The notes under the pieces: generated by a model | Seen by the model: only the letters and a program-made list of their open reading frames with translations | Told to the model about the DNA's origin: nothing | Database searches by the model: none | Source of the DNA: Octopus vulgaris | Taxonomy: Eukaryota | Assembly: GCA_951406725.2 (NCBI GenBank) | Contig: OX597814.1 | Location: 28,582,001 to 28,646,000, forward strand | Length of the DNA: 64,000 nucleotides | Direction of reading: 5' to 3' | In this document: positions 1-13,034 of the stretch, one piece after another | Layout: the number at the start of each line of letters is the position of its first letter | Numbering within the stretch: the stretch's first letter is position 1 | Translations under genes and position numbers: made by a program

Positions 1-373
1 TTCTGGGGCACGGCCTTGAAGAATTTTTGTTGAATGAATCGACCCAAATTCTTAGTTTTTGAAACCGAATACGTTATTCTATTGTTCTTTTTTCCCGAAC
101 CGCTAAGTTACGGGGACGTAAACACACCAACACCGGTTGTCAAGCGGTGATGGGGTCAATCATGCACACACATGCACACACTCATACATACACATACACA
201 TTTATATATACGATGGCCTTCTTTCAGTTTCCCTCTACCAAATCCACTCACAAGGCTTTGGTCGACCCGTGACTATAGTAGAAAAAATTTGCCCAAGGTG
301 CCACGCAGTAAGATTGAACCCAAAAGCATGTGGTTAGGAAGCAAGCTTCTTACCACACAGCCATACCTGCGCC
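1..373 (-). mobile_element. SINE family A (tRNA-derived, internal TA/CA microsatellite), 3' end cut by window edge
   Basis: Reverse complement of the family A consensus (ggcgcagg..tggctgtgtggtaag...ccttgggcaa...cttgacaaccg...cttagcggttcgg). Confidence 0.9.
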
Positions 374-402
374 TATACAAAGTTATAGTAAAGGACATTG
401 AC

Positions 403-622
403 TCGGATATGGCCGCATGGCTAAGAAGTTCGCTTTGCAACCATATGGTTTCAGGTTCAGTCCTTCTGCGCATCACCTTAACTAATTGTTCTCTAACATA
501 GCCTCGTGCTAACCAATGCCATGTGAGTGAATTTAGTTGATGGAAACTGTGTGGAAGCCCGTCGTGTATATATATATATACATACATACACATATATATA
601 TGTATATATATATATATGTATA

Positions 623-662
<40 letters not shown>

Positions 663-860
663 TGTGTGTGTCTTTGTGTCTCTGTGTTAGTTCCCCCCAT
701 CGTTTAACAACCGATGTTGGTTTGTTTACATCCCAGTAACTTAGCGGTTTGGTGGGAACTACCGATGGAATGAATACCAGAGTTGAAAAGTAGATACTGA
801 GGGCGAGTTGTACGTCTAAAGCCCTTTAGAGTTGCACGTCTAAAGCCCTTTAAGCTGATG
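403..860 (+). mobile_element. Diverged SINE family A copy, head-to-head with the previous copy
   Basis: A/B-box-like head, gtgagtgaattt..ggaaactg..gaagcccgtcg, internal (TA)n, then acaaccgatgttgg..cttagcggtt. Confidence 0.8.
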
Positions 861-1489
861 ATTGCTCAAGATGATTGCTCAATCTTATCGTGGGACTGAA
901 CCCGGGATCAGACAGGATCTAATGACTGCGAAGCTAGCGTCTTAACCATTCAGCCAAAAAGATCATGAGACAAATATTGAAAAACAACGAGGAAGCGTTG
1001 GAGAAGGAGGAGGAAAGGGACATACTGGAAAAGCAATAAGAAAATGGAGTGAAAAAACAAAAAAAGAGAGAAGTAATGACAATAGCGTAAAAATTGATGA
1101 ATAAGTGAAAAAGAAAATAGCGAGGCAAGGAGAACAAAAAAAGAATGAAAGAAAATATGTAAGAGATTGGTGAAGGACTGAATGATATAAGCAAATGAAT
1201 GAAAGACAATGGGAAAGATGGTAAAAGATGGAAAAAAGGTAAAGAATTAAAAAAAAAGATAGAGTAAGGGAAACCGAATGAAAGACAATGAGAAAGAGTT
1301 AGTGAAAGAAGTTTGGAAATGAAAGAATATTAGAAGGAACAAATATGAAAACGAAAAGCGAGAGAGAGAGAGAGAGAGAGGGGGGGGAGAGAGGAGGAAA
1401 GAGAAGAAGGGAGGGTGAAAACAAGAGGAGTAAGGGCAAGAAGAGGGGGGGGGAGGATGGAAGAGTAAATAAAATAAAAATGAAATGAG

Positions 1490-1720
1490 AATGGTGGTGG
1501 TGGTGTTGTTCGTGTTGCTGTTGTTGTTGTTGTTGTTGTTTGTGGAGGTGATGGTCGTCGTCGTCGTCGTCGTCGTCATCGTCGTGGTTTTTTGGTTATT
1601 GTAGTGGGTAGTAAGACAAAGAGGTGACAGAGGTTCTAGGCATAGCGGCGGCGGCGGCAGTGGTAGTGGTGATAGAGGTGGTGGTGGTGGTGGTGGTAGT
1701 GGTGGTGATGGTAGTGGTGG
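1490..1720. repeat. Compound trinucleotide microsatellite (GTT/GTC/GGC/GGT)
   Basis: Directly visible runs. Confidence 0.9.
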
Positions 1721-1769
1721 GAACATTCCTTGTGTGACGAGAGAGCTAGGAAGAGAACTGCGTTAACTG

Positions 1770-2026
1770 TATGTGTTTGTGTGTATGTGTATGTGTGTAT
1801 GTGTATGTGTGTGTGTGTGTGGTGCGCGCGTATGTATATATTTATATTTATATATATGTGTGTGAGTACGTATACATTATATACAAATATATATTTATAT
1901 ATATGTATATTACATATATATATATAATATATATAAATATATATATTTACACACACATACACACGCACACATATATACACAATATATATATATATGTACA
2001 TACATACATGTATATGCATATATATA

Positions 2027-2078
<52 letters not shown>

Positions 2079-2118
2079 CATACATGTATATGCATATATA
2101 TATATATGTGTGTGTATA

Positions 2119-2162
<44 letters not shown>

Positions 2163-2492
2163 CATACATATATACACACATATATATGACTGAGACGGAG
2201 GTTTGAGATGTGTGAAGCTGTGTTATATGCTGGTGGTCTCTCCTCTCTCCTTCTCCCTCTTTCTCTCCCCTCTCCCCTCTCCCTCTCCCTCCTTCTCCCT
2301 CTCCCTCTCTCTCTGAAACCTGTCTGGACGGCTTTGTTCCCTTCGTATGGGAACACAACGAAATTGATCGTAATATGAGAAAAGGGAGAAGGAAGGAAGG
2401 AAGGGAAGAAAAAAACCAACAGCCCCCCAAAAAATTTACTCTTTCTCACATCCACATGCACATACACACATACGCATTCATATGTATATACA

Positions 2493-2549
<57 letters not shown>

Positions 2550-2900
2550 GTATGTGTGTATGTGTGAATGTATGTGTGCATGCATGTCTGTACATGTCGG
2601 TATGTATGTGTATATATATATATATTGTGACTATCTCTCTCTCTCCACATATATATGGTTCAAAATTATGTGTGTGTGTGTGTATCTGTGTGTGTGTATG
2701 TATGTGTATGCTTACGTCTGTGTGTCTGTACACACACACACACATATATATAGTAGATTTGTGTGTCTGTATATATATAATATATGTGTATGTATATGTA
2801 TATGTATATGAATATGTATATATATATATATATAAACGTTTTTGTATGCATATATAAACGTTTTTGTATATATATATGTATATATATAAAAACACGTTTT

Positions 2901-2935
<35 letters not shown>

Positions 2936-3170
2936 ACGTTTTTGTATATATATATATATATATATATTTCATTTGCACTTTATGTACACATGTATACATA
3001 AATTATATATATATATACACAACTATACTTAGATAAATATCGATGTTTATATTTACATGTATAGCTATGTAATGTTGCCATACGTAACATACATACACAC
3101 ACACATACTTGCACACACACACACATACACGCACACACACACACACACACATACATGCACACATACATGA
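1770..3170. repeat. Compound (TA)n/(TG)n/(CT)n microsatellite field with short unique islands
   Basis: Directly visible; source of the YI/CV/HT ORFs. Confidence 0.95.
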
Positions 3171-3936
3171 AACGAATCTATAACGTTTTGGACGCTGTGT
3201 ATTGGTTTCGTCATTTTCTTTTTTAAAGTATAAAGCAAAAGTTTAACCCTGGCAGATTTAGAGAGAAATATAGGGTAAATATTTGAATGAGAAACAATAA
3301 GAAGGAGAATTTGAACGAAGAAAAGATAAAAAGAAGGAATTAAATATAAAAGAAAATCGGTAAGAATGAATGAGAAGAGGAAGAGTAGAGAAAGATGTTA
3401 TAATTTGGTAAGGAGAAACAAGAGAATAAATAGACATGTAGTATACGTGGTGAGAAAATATGAAGGAAGAAGAAAGAAAAACCAAAATATAGACAGAAAT
3501 AATGAAATAATAGAGTGAAAGAGAGAGCGAAAGAGAGCGAATTAAGGAAGAGTGCAAGAGAGGAAACAGATATAAAGATGGCGATGGTTGTGGAGAAGAT
3601 GGCGATGGTTGTGGAGAAGATGGTGGCGGTGATGGATGTGGAGATGATGGTGGTGGTGGTGGTGGTGATGGATGTGTAACAGTCGTAAAAGGAAGCAAAG
3701 AAAGGAAAGGAAAAAACAAAAAAAAAAAAGAACGGCGAACTTATGTGCAGTGCCAAACATTAAAAAAAAAATGACAGTTTAAATAGCAAAAATTTTTATA
3801 AAGTAACTGACACACGCACGCGCGCACACACACACACACACATATATACATATATGTATGCATATGCGTATGCGTATGAATACAAATTTATATATGCATA
3901 TGTATAAGCATAAATATATATATACATGTATGTATG

Positions 3937-3986
<50 letters not shown>

Positions 3987-4015
3987 TATATATATACATG
4001 TATGTATATATGTAT

Positions 4016-4055
<40 letters not shown>

Positions 4056-4073
4056 TTTTATATATATATATAA

Positions 4074-4118
<45 letters not shown>

Positions 4119-4225
4119 ATATTATATATATATATATATACACAGCCGTCATCGTCGTCGTTGTTGTATGCTTTATATAAATTTGGAAAATTGAAAAATT
4201 ATAACAAAACTGAAGCATCATAATC

Positions 4226-4259
<34 letters not shown>

Positions 4260-4724
4260 GCGGCAACAATAACTGCAATAATGACCACCACGGCGGCGAC
4301 AACACCACCTACGCAATTAGAACATTCATAGTATGTAAAATAAAAATTAAAAAAAAACAAAACAAAAAACAAAACAAAACAGAAACAACAACCTAAAAAG
4401 AACACTATTAAGCAAATGATGAGCTGGGTCTCGATAATTAACAAACATAATGGGATTTGGAAGAATGGAAAAACACACAAGTATTATATCAATAAATAAA
4501 TAAATATATAAATAAATAAATTTTTGGAAAATCCTGGGATTTTGATGAAGCTGTCTGCTAAGAAACTTTTAAAATAAATGAGGCTCTTTAAAAATATGAC
4601 GTTACGAAATTTCTAATTATCGTTTAGTTGTCATAGTTTGTTGTGTGTTTTATTGCTTATCTTTTCTTGGTTAATATATTTATTTTTTCTCTATGATTTC
4701 TGCTTTCATAATTAGAGTGTGAAG

Positions 4725-4763
<39 letters not shown>

Positions 4764-4953
4764 TGTGTGTGTGTGTGTGCATGAGCGCCTGTTTGTATGT
4801 GTATGTGTTTATGTGTGTGTGTTTGTGTGTGTGTTTGTTTGTTTGTGTGTGTGTGTGTAAGACAGAGTGTATGTTATAAACTACTTTTGCCTTCCTCTAA
4901 AGCAAGAAAAATCTGCATGTCAAGTGCATAATAATAATAATAATAATAATAAC

Positions 4954-4992
<39 letters not shown>

Positions 4993-4996
4993 TATA

Positions 4997-5573
4997 ATAC
5001 ATTGGAACAACCTACATACATTGGAAGCTATGCCAACATTATGGAATAACAACAGAAAAAAGATAGTATAGGCACACACCAGAAAAGGTCACAGAAAACG
5101 AGAAAGCAACCATACTCTGGGATATGCCGATACACACAGATAGAGAAATTAAGGCCAACAGGCCAGATATAGTTGTCAGAGATCATAAAGAAAAAAAATG
5201 CTTTCTAATTGATGTATCAATACTGGCAGATGACAACGTGTCTCTAAAAGAAATGGAGAAACTCTCAAAATACAAAGACCTGGAAATAGAGGTAACCAGA
5301 ATGTGGAATCCGAAAACAGAAACAATCCCTATCATAGTAGGTGCATTAGGCATGATAAAAAATATTCAGACAAATACATAACAAAAACACCAGGACTTAC
5401 AAACACATATAACATACAGAAAATTGCACTACTAGACACTGCACACATCCTACGCAGAACACTTTCCATACAATAACCATCAGAGCATCACAACAAATCA
5501 CAACACATACCCAAGGCACACAGAGCTGCGCTCGGTAGTGAAGTGAAAGCACGCTATAAAAATAAAACTACTG
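4997..5573 (+). mobile_element. 5'-truncated R4/Dong-clade non-LTR retrotransposon (restriction-like endonuclease domain plus 3' UTR)
   Basis: Translates YIHWKLCQHYG..YRHTPEKVTENEKATILWDMPIHTDREIKANRPDIVVRD..LIDVS..EKLSKYKDL..IPIIVGALG, then a frameshift to IQKIALLDTAHILRR. RPD..D..K..KY is the RLE motif. Flanked by (AAT)n on both sides. Confidence 0.9.
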
Positions 5574-5617
5574 AATAATAATAATAATGATGATGATGAT
5601 GATGATGATGATGATAA

Positions 5618-5662
<45 letters not shown>

Positions 5663-5680
5663 GTAGTAGTAGTAGTAATG

Positions 5681-5777
<97 letters not shown>

Positions 5778-6126
5778 ATCAAATTCTGTTAGATCAATGA
5801 AGAACTGTAATACAGAGTTAGCTTCATGTGGAAAATTTCTGGCGAGGGTCAACATCAAGGGAGGCATATTACAAAGAAATAGCCTATTACCATTGCTTTT
5901 TGTGATTTGTATGGTAGTCCTCACACAAATACTTACGGGAAGTGGCATCGGGGTAAACCTTGAAAAGTGGAGGAAAATTATATCATCTGTTATATATATG
6001 GATGACTTCAAGGTCTTTATTTAGGAAGACCGAACGTGAAATAAATGGTCTACATTCAACTATGCAGATATCTAATAAGGATATCAGAATGGAATTTGGG
6101 ACTAAAAAGTGTGGTATTCTTATAAT

Positions 6127-6500
6127 GTGGAGGCGCAATGGCCCAGTGGTTAGAGCAACGGACTCGCGGTCGTAGGATCGCGGTTTCGATTCCCAGACCG
6201 GGCGTTGTGAGTGTTTATTGAGCGAAAACACCTAAAAGCTCCACGAGGCTCCGGCAGGGGATGGTGGTGATCCCTGCTGTACTCTTTCACCACAACTTTC
6301 TCTCACTCTTACTTCCTGTTTCTGTTGTACCTGTATTTCAAAGGGCCGGCCTTGTTACTCCCTGTGTCACGCTGAATATCCCCGAGAACTACGTTAAGAG
6401 TGCTCAGCCACTTACACGTTAATTTCACGAGCAGGCTGTTCCATTGATTCGGATCAACCGGAACCCTCGTCGTCGTAACCGACGGAGTGCTTCCATTTCC
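6127..6500 (+). mobile_element. SINE family B (tRNA-like head), tail type 1, with 11-bp TSD
   Basis: gtggaggcgcaatggcccagtggttag...gtttcgattcc head; TSD attcttataat at 6116-6126 and 6501-6511. Confidence 0.93.
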
Positions 6501-6710
6501 ATTCTTATAATACAAAAAGGCAAAGTAGCGTCGTCTGATGGTGTAGAACTACCCGCGGTGAGAAAATCAAGGGTATTCAGACTGATGGATGTATGTATCT
6601 GAGTATTTTGGAACATGACAAAATCAAGGAAAGTGAAATGAAGTAAAGGTTTAGGCGAGAATTTAGGCCTAAAGGTTTAGTCGAGAAGAGCCAAATTAAT
6701 TATAGGAAGT

Positions 6711-7302
6711 AGGCACCTTGGGCAAGTCTTTTCTTCTATATCCTCGAACCGACCAAAGCCTTGTGAGTGGATTTCGCAGACGGAAACTGAAAGAAGCCCG
6801 TCCTATATATGTATATATCTGTATGTATACGTATGTGTGTGTGTGGCCTTGCTATTTGCTTTTGAGCCAAATTAACTAACTAACTAACTAACTAACTACC
6901 CACAAGGAGCTAAACAGAGAAGACAAACAAGGACAGACAAACGGATTAAGTCGATTATATCGACCCCAGTGCATAACTGGTACTTATTTAATCGTCCTCG
7001 AAAGGATGAAAGGCAAAGTCGACCTTGGCGGAATTTGAACTCAGAACGTAGCGGCAGACGAAATACCGTTAAGCATTTCATCCGGCGTGCTAACGTTTCT
7101 GCCAGCTCGTCGCCTTTTGGAAAATCGCTTGACAACCGATGCTGGTGTGTTTACGTCCCCGTAACTTAGCGGTTCGGCAAATGAGACCGATAGAATAAGT
7201 ACTAGGCTTACAAAGAATAAGTCCTGGAGTCGATTTGCTCGACTAAAGGCGGTGCTCCAGCATGGCCACAGTCAAATGACTGAAACAAGTTAAAAGAGTA
7301 AT
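6711..7302 (+). mobile_element. SINE family A split at its internal microsatellite by a LINE 3' tip (6844-6897) and a minus-strand family C SINE (6897-7114)
   Basis: A 5' part at 6711-6843 and A 3' part at 7124-7302. 6844-6897 matches the CR1 3' end at 16888-16931 (ggccttgctatttgcttttgagccaaat(taac)n). Confidence 0.88.
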
Positions 7303-7657
7303 GGAAAAACCACGATCAGGGCAATGAACACAAGGGCTGTTTCCTTAATGTGATACGGTGCAGGTGTTATTAGGTGGACATAGAATGAGCTTGAAGAAAT
7401 AGACAAGAAAACCAGAAAAGGGATGACAACAAGGAACTGCACCCAAAAAGCGATATTGACAGGCTGTATGAGCCTAGGAATAAATGCAGGAAGAGGCCTT
7501 ATAGGATGCAAGGTCTGTGTTGTAAACAAGAACAGTCTGGAAGGGAACATCGAACGGCAGAGTGAATCCTTGCTTGCCGCTGTTTGAATTAACAATACAA
7601 TACCTGTATTTAAGAGATGAGGAATAATGTATATTATTTATATTATTTACAACTGAC

Positions 7658-7743
7658 GGGCATATGGTGTAAGTGATTAAGAGCGCTGGCTACTAACCCC
7701 AATATTCCGAGTGCGATTCCAGGCAGTGACCTGAATAATAATG

Positions 7744-7794
<51 letters not shown>

Positions 7795-7795
7795 G
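7658..7795 (+). mobile_element. Short tRNA-derived SINE-like element with (AAT)n tail
   Basis: A-box-like tggtgtaagtga and B-box-like gagtgcgattcc, then (aat)n. Confidence 0.6.
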
Positions 7796-8711
7796 GAGAG
7801 TATTGTAGTTCGCTTGAAGCATTGTGTATTGTTTGTAAAGAATAAAATGTATTGAATGGTACAACAATGCACTATAATACAGACAATGGGCTACATACCT
7901 GTTGTAATTTAGTCATCCATAGCCTTATTATTCTGCCAGCTCAGACATCGGGAACCGGACATTGTTGTGGTGAATAAAAAAGGAAGAACATATATGATAA
8001 TCGACGTAGCATGTTCAGGTGACAACAGGATCAATGTGAAAGAAGAAAAAATAAACAGTTATGACGGTTTGAAGTGAGAAATACCAAGGTTGTGGTCAAT
8101 GAAGAGAGTAGACGTGATATCAATAGTAATTGGTGCTCTTGGAAGAATCAACACTCAACTACCAACATGGCTGAAAAAGATTGGTGCAAGTGTGAAGGTA
8201 GAACACCTATAAAAATCAGCATTGCTTGGAACTGCAAGAATTTTTCGCAGGATTCTTAAAGCATGACTAGTAAATAAGAGTCACCTTAGCCTTCTGGCTG
8301 TGGACAGCTGACACTTTCCATCATACCCAGCAAAATAAGCTGTGAGTTTTCATATAATAATAATAACGATAATACATACATGTGAAATAATTCGTCTTTA
8401 GCTATGAAACTCGAAGTAGATAATGTTATAAACAATAGCATGTAAATACTGGGTTAGACACCCTTTAAGATAGGAAAAGTCGAAGGCTACCTGTGGGTCC
8501 GGAACATTCATCTTCTATCAACATGACAGATAAATAGATAGACAGACAGACAGAAAGATGGATGGATAATCCGTTGAATAAACTATTCAATGCATATATA
8601 TATATGCAGGTGAATGCGTATGTGTGCGCATGTTTGCCTATGTAAATAATAAGTAAATATAAATAGGTTAGCATTGTAGAAAGAAACAAATAAAGAATAG
8701 AAAAAGAAAGA

Positions 8712-8762
<51 letters not shown>

Positions 8763-9295
8763 GGAGAAAAAGAGAGAGAGATGTAGGAAAAGAGATTCTG
8801 GAATCATTAAACTTTGTGTTGATAAAAATCTTCAAATTTATGATAAAGAGTTAGGATGGAAATATATGATCTCTTGCCAAGAAACCGATTCTACCATTTC
8901 TTTTTCTTTTTCTTCTTTTCTTTTCTTTTTTTTTGTTTTGGCAAGCATCACCATGGCTGCTTCTTCCAGACAGTAATTTTAATTTTTGCTTAACGTTGGA
9001 CATTGTAGGCAGAAGACCAATAACACATTAATTCTTCATCCAACAAATCTATTTAATTTCCAACTCCAGACAGTCTAACCACATATACATATTGCATTTA
9101 ACAGCAGATGTTTTCTGTAAATAATATTAACTAAGGTGAACATCGTAATAGTTAAATCTGTCTTCTACCTTTTGCCTGTGGCCATGCTGGAGTACCGGGT
9201 TGAAGTGTTTACTCGAAGAAATCAACCCCAGTGCTTACTTTTAAAGTCTTGTCTCTATTCTGTCGGTGACTTTTGCCAAACTGCTAATTACATGG

Positions 9296-9682
9296 GCGTA
9301 ATCAAACCAACACCAGTTCTCAAACAATGGACTAACACAACCCCCAAAGACACACACTTACACACACGAATATGATGAGCTACTACACAGTTTCCGTTCC
9401 TGGTTCAAACCCACTGCGCAGCGCCTTAGAAAGTGAATTCTATAATAACCTCAAATGTCGACAGAAGCCTTATGACCGAAAAATTATCAGCGTAAACAAA
9501 CCAACACCAGTTCTCAAACAATGGACTAACACAACCCCAAAGACACACACATACACACATGAATATGATGAACGACTACAGAGTTTCCGTTCCTGGTTCA
9601 AACCCACTGCGCAGCGCCTTAGAAAGTGAATTCTATAATAACCTCAAATGTCGACAGAAGCCTTATGACCGAAAAATTATCA
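9296..9682. repeat. Tandem duplication, about 194 bp x2, built from SINE A fragments
   Basis: Units 9296-9489 and 9490-9682, both gcgtaa..aaaccaacaccagttctc...gaccgaaaaattatca. Confidence 0.92.
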
Positions 9683-9857
9683 GAAACGGTAAACTGTAGG
9701 AGCTCGTCATCTGGGATATAGCTGATGATTCGTAGTTTCTGCATCTTTTTACCTCCGTCAGTTTCATAGACCTTACCTTTGATTAGTGCGTATGAATGAA
9801 TATTCTGGGTGGAGAAAGGACAAGGAGTATGGTATATTGTGGGCTCTGGGAGTTCAC

Positions 9858-10183
9858 GCTGGCATCCTGAATTCAAACATGGTCGGAACTCTGTGGAAAC
9901 AGCTCCCAGATCTGGTCGCCCCCTTCTGCCATTGATGAAGCATCTGTCCGTCATGTTGTGGCTGCCATTTTGGAAGATCGACGCATAACTATTCGCCAAA
10001 TAGCCCATGAGGTCAAGATTAGTACCGGGTCTGTGGAAACTATCATTCATGACCATTTGCATATGCAAGGTGTCTGCCAGATGGATTCCCAGGTTGCTCA
10101 CATCTTTCCAGAAGCAAGAACGTGTCGATTGCTCGAGGATGAATTTGGAGATGTGCCAAGAAGATGAGTCAACATTTTTCAAT
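9858..10183 (+). pseudogene. Mariner transposase fragment (HTH region to WVPRLL-type motif), frameshifted
   Basis: WHPEFKHGRNSVETAPRSGRP/..ILEDRRITIRQIAHEVKISTGSVETIIHDHL/..KVSARWIPRLLT..QKQERV. Confidence 0.9.
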
Positions 10184-10227
10184 ATATTAGCGCTTTCATC
10201 TCCAGACCTTCTAATCATCTCCAAACC

Positions 10228-10279
<52 letters not shown>

Positions 10280-10294
<15 letters not shown>

Positions 10295-10484
10295 ATACGT
10301 TTGTGTGCCTGAGTTTGTCCCCACAACATCGCTTGACAACCGATGCTCGTGTGTTTACGTCCCCGTAACATAGCGGTTCGGCAAAAGATACCGAAAGAAT
10401 AAGTCCTGGGGTCGATTTGCTCGACTAAAGGCGGTGCTCTAGCATGGCCATAGTCAAATGGCCGAAACAAGTAAAAGAGTAAAA

Positions 10485-10485
<1 letters not shown>
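10280..10485 (+). mobile_element. SINE family A 3' half
   Basis: tttgtcccc..cttgacaaccgatg...ggcggtgct..gaaacaagtaaaagag. Confidence 0.9.
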
Positions 10486-10538
<53 letters not shown>

Positions 10539-10545
10539 TGGTATA

Positions 10546-10956
10546 TACTCTTTACTCTTTACTCTTTTACTTGTTTCAGTCATTTGACTGCGGCCATGCT
10601 GGAGCACCGCCTTTAGTCGAGCTAATCGACCCCGGGACTTATTCTTTGTAAGCCCAGTACTTATCCTATCGGTCTCTTTTGCCGAACCGCTAAGCAACGG
10701 GGACGTAAACACACCAGCATCGGTTGTCAAGCAATGCTAGGGGGACAGACACACAAACACACACACATACACATGTAAATATATACATATATACGACAGG
10801 CTTCTTTCCGTTTCCGTCTACCAAATCCACTCAGAAGGCATTGGTCGGCCCGGGGCTATAGTAGAAGGCAGTTGCCCAAGATGCCACGCAGTGGGACTGA
10901 ACCCGGAACCATGTGGTTGGTTAGCAAGCTACTTACCACACAGCCACTCCTGCGCC
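10546..10956 (-). mobile_element. SINE family A, full length
   Basis: Complete reverse-complement match to 15046-15455. Confidence 0.95.
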
Positions 10957-11069
10957 TTTATATATAAAGATATATATATAATAACAGTTTAACAAATAAA
11001 ACATATGCATACATACATATATGTACATACCTACATCTATATGTATATATATGTGCATATATATATATA

Positions 11070-11460
11070 TGAGTATAGGACACCACAAATAAACGTAGAG
11101 CACAACGAGAAACGAAAACATAAAAACAAACAAGGAAACGGACTTTTTTTAACAACGAAAAAACAGAGTACAAGACAAATACAAGGATTATTCTCCTTCA
11201 TCAGCTGCCCCTGGTTCGACTCAATGCGTGTTTCGAAGGTAAGGGCAGAACACGATCCAGCCGAAGCAATCCTTCCTGCAAAATGAATTAAATAAAATTC
11301 TTTTGCAGAGGGGTAAAAAAAAAAAAGGAAAGAAAAAAAGTGACAAGAACAGGACGTAAAAGCAATACAAATAAAAAATACAGTACACATGAAGAATAAA
11401 AACAGGACAAGGAAACCAACATTGAGGGCTTTTTTAAGCCTAGACGGTGGAAAAATTCGT
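11070..11460. repeat. Dispersed repeat (probable PLE terminal fragment); 11143-11460 is duplicated at 13998-14313
   Basis: About 317 bp direct repeat with only a few substitutions. Confidence 0.85.
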
Positions 11461-11547
11461 TGGAGCGAAATTCAGAAAATCGACTTGCAATATATATATA
11501 TATTGCACAGCCACTCCTACACACCCACTCACTCACACAGACAAAAC

Positions 11548-11627
<80 letters not shown>

Positions 11628-11745
11628 AAATCAAATGAAAAATAATTCCTTCCAATTCCTTTGAATGACCATCCTTTAAAAAGCCACTTAACCAATAACC
11701 ATATTCTCTCAATAGAAAAAAGTCAATATATTCCAGAGAGAGATA

Positions 11746-11817
<72 letters not shown>

Positions 11818-12232
11818 CATACACACACACACACAGATTACCGTATCCTGAATAGAAATTACCTTATTCAATTCAAAAGACGTCTTTTCAATACAATTCT
11901 TGGAGCTTGAACTCTTGAACCTTACCCTAAACCTATGTAGGCAAAACATATTTAACAAGTGACTCTAAAGTAAAATCTTACAATGCACAGAAACATGGGT
12001 ACAAAGTGTTAAACCCTATTTTCTTTTCCTTGTTTTTTCTCTCTGACTTCTCTAAAAATTCTTTTTAATATTTAAGATACATCGAAACTGCTTATATTTT
12101 AAATCACTCTCTGTAACAAAAATATTAAACATTCTCTAAAATATACTTTTGTGACTTTTCCAACTTTATTTTCTTTTTTAACTATACATATGTGTGCGTG
12201 TGTGTATGTATGTATTCACCCACACACGTATA

Positions 12233-12271
<39 letters not shown>

Positions 12272-12274
<3 letters not shown>

Positions 12275-12635
12275 TAGATGTGTTTCGACCAAAGATTGGT
12301 CCAGGCCATGTCTAACTTAATAGCACCACCTGATAGGATTATCTAAATCCTGTTTAAGTCAAGTTTTGTTTATGGTCCATTCAAGTAGTGAGTTTTTGTT
12401 GGGTGAGTTGTATCCAATTATGGGTGGCTTATCTGGTATTCCTTGAAGGAATCTATCCAGACTCCGTTTAAAGTTGATGGGATCCTTTTCCTCTTTGATC
12501 TCTTTCGGGACAATGTTAAATAGGGCAGGGCCTGTTGAGGAAAAGAAATTATGTTGCAGTGTACATATATGCTGTGATCTTGAATTGGGCAGGGGACGTA
12601 TGGCCCGTGGTCCCAGTCTTCGATGAACCTTAAAT
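12272..12635 (-). mobile_element. CR1/L2-group LINE 3' end between (TA)n tracts
   Basis: Minus strand reads FKVHRRLGPRAIRP..HNFFSSTGPALFNIVPKEIK..FKRSLDRFLQGIPDKP..NSLLEW*, then a 3' UTR. Confidence 0.85.
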
Positions 12636-12648
12636 ATATATATATATA

Positions 12649-12703
<55 letters not shown>

Positions 12704-12706
<3 letters not shown>

Positions 12707-13034
12707 TAATAATAAAAGGGTGAAATTAATTAATTAGGGATAATTATCAATTACACCAAGTAGATTTCGGTATGTAAAAGCCCCATTCGAAGAAAATTTA
12801 AGTAATACTAAGTAATTAAGGGTTTAGCAACGAATTGCCTCACCAACACACCGAATTTAGAAATAGCAGTCAAAGAGATATAGCTATTCCTTCTACTAAA
12901 AGGGGGATCTCAAAAGTGCTGTGTTTTTACTGAGATCCCCCTTTTAGTAGAAGGAATAGCTATATCTCTTTGACTGCTATTTCTAAATTCGGTGTGTTGG
13001 TGAGGCAATTCGTTGCTAAACCCTTAATTACTTA

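Larger units (their letters stand above)
5780..8355 (+). mobile_element. Second, older R4/Dong-clade element (RT plus RLE), fragmented by nested insertions
   Basis: RT: VNIKGGILQRNSLLPLLFVICM..YMDDFK..MEFGTKKCG (5790-6126). Resumes LIIQKGKV (6503-6660) and AMNTRAVSLM.YGAG..LHPKSDIDRLY (7300-7600). RLE: EPDIVVV..IIDVAC..IVIGALG..ALLGTARIFR (7940-8265). (ATA)n tail. Confidence 0.88.

Noticed and set aside
1717-1730. Overlapping CSL/TEAD-like motif gtgggaacattcct, echoed at 38263-38276
   Set aside because: A 12-bp match is expected by chance in 64 kb; no conservation or chromatin data.
6127-6200. tRNA-like sequences (also at 14651, 15046, 29365, 41716, 45376)
   Set aside because: Pol III heads of SINEs that continue into conserved bodies with TSDs; no proper acceptor stem or terminator.
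9619-10470. 283-aa minus-strand ORF
   Set aside because: Runs through a SINE, (TA)n, the antisense of a mariner fragment and a duplicated piece; chance open frame.
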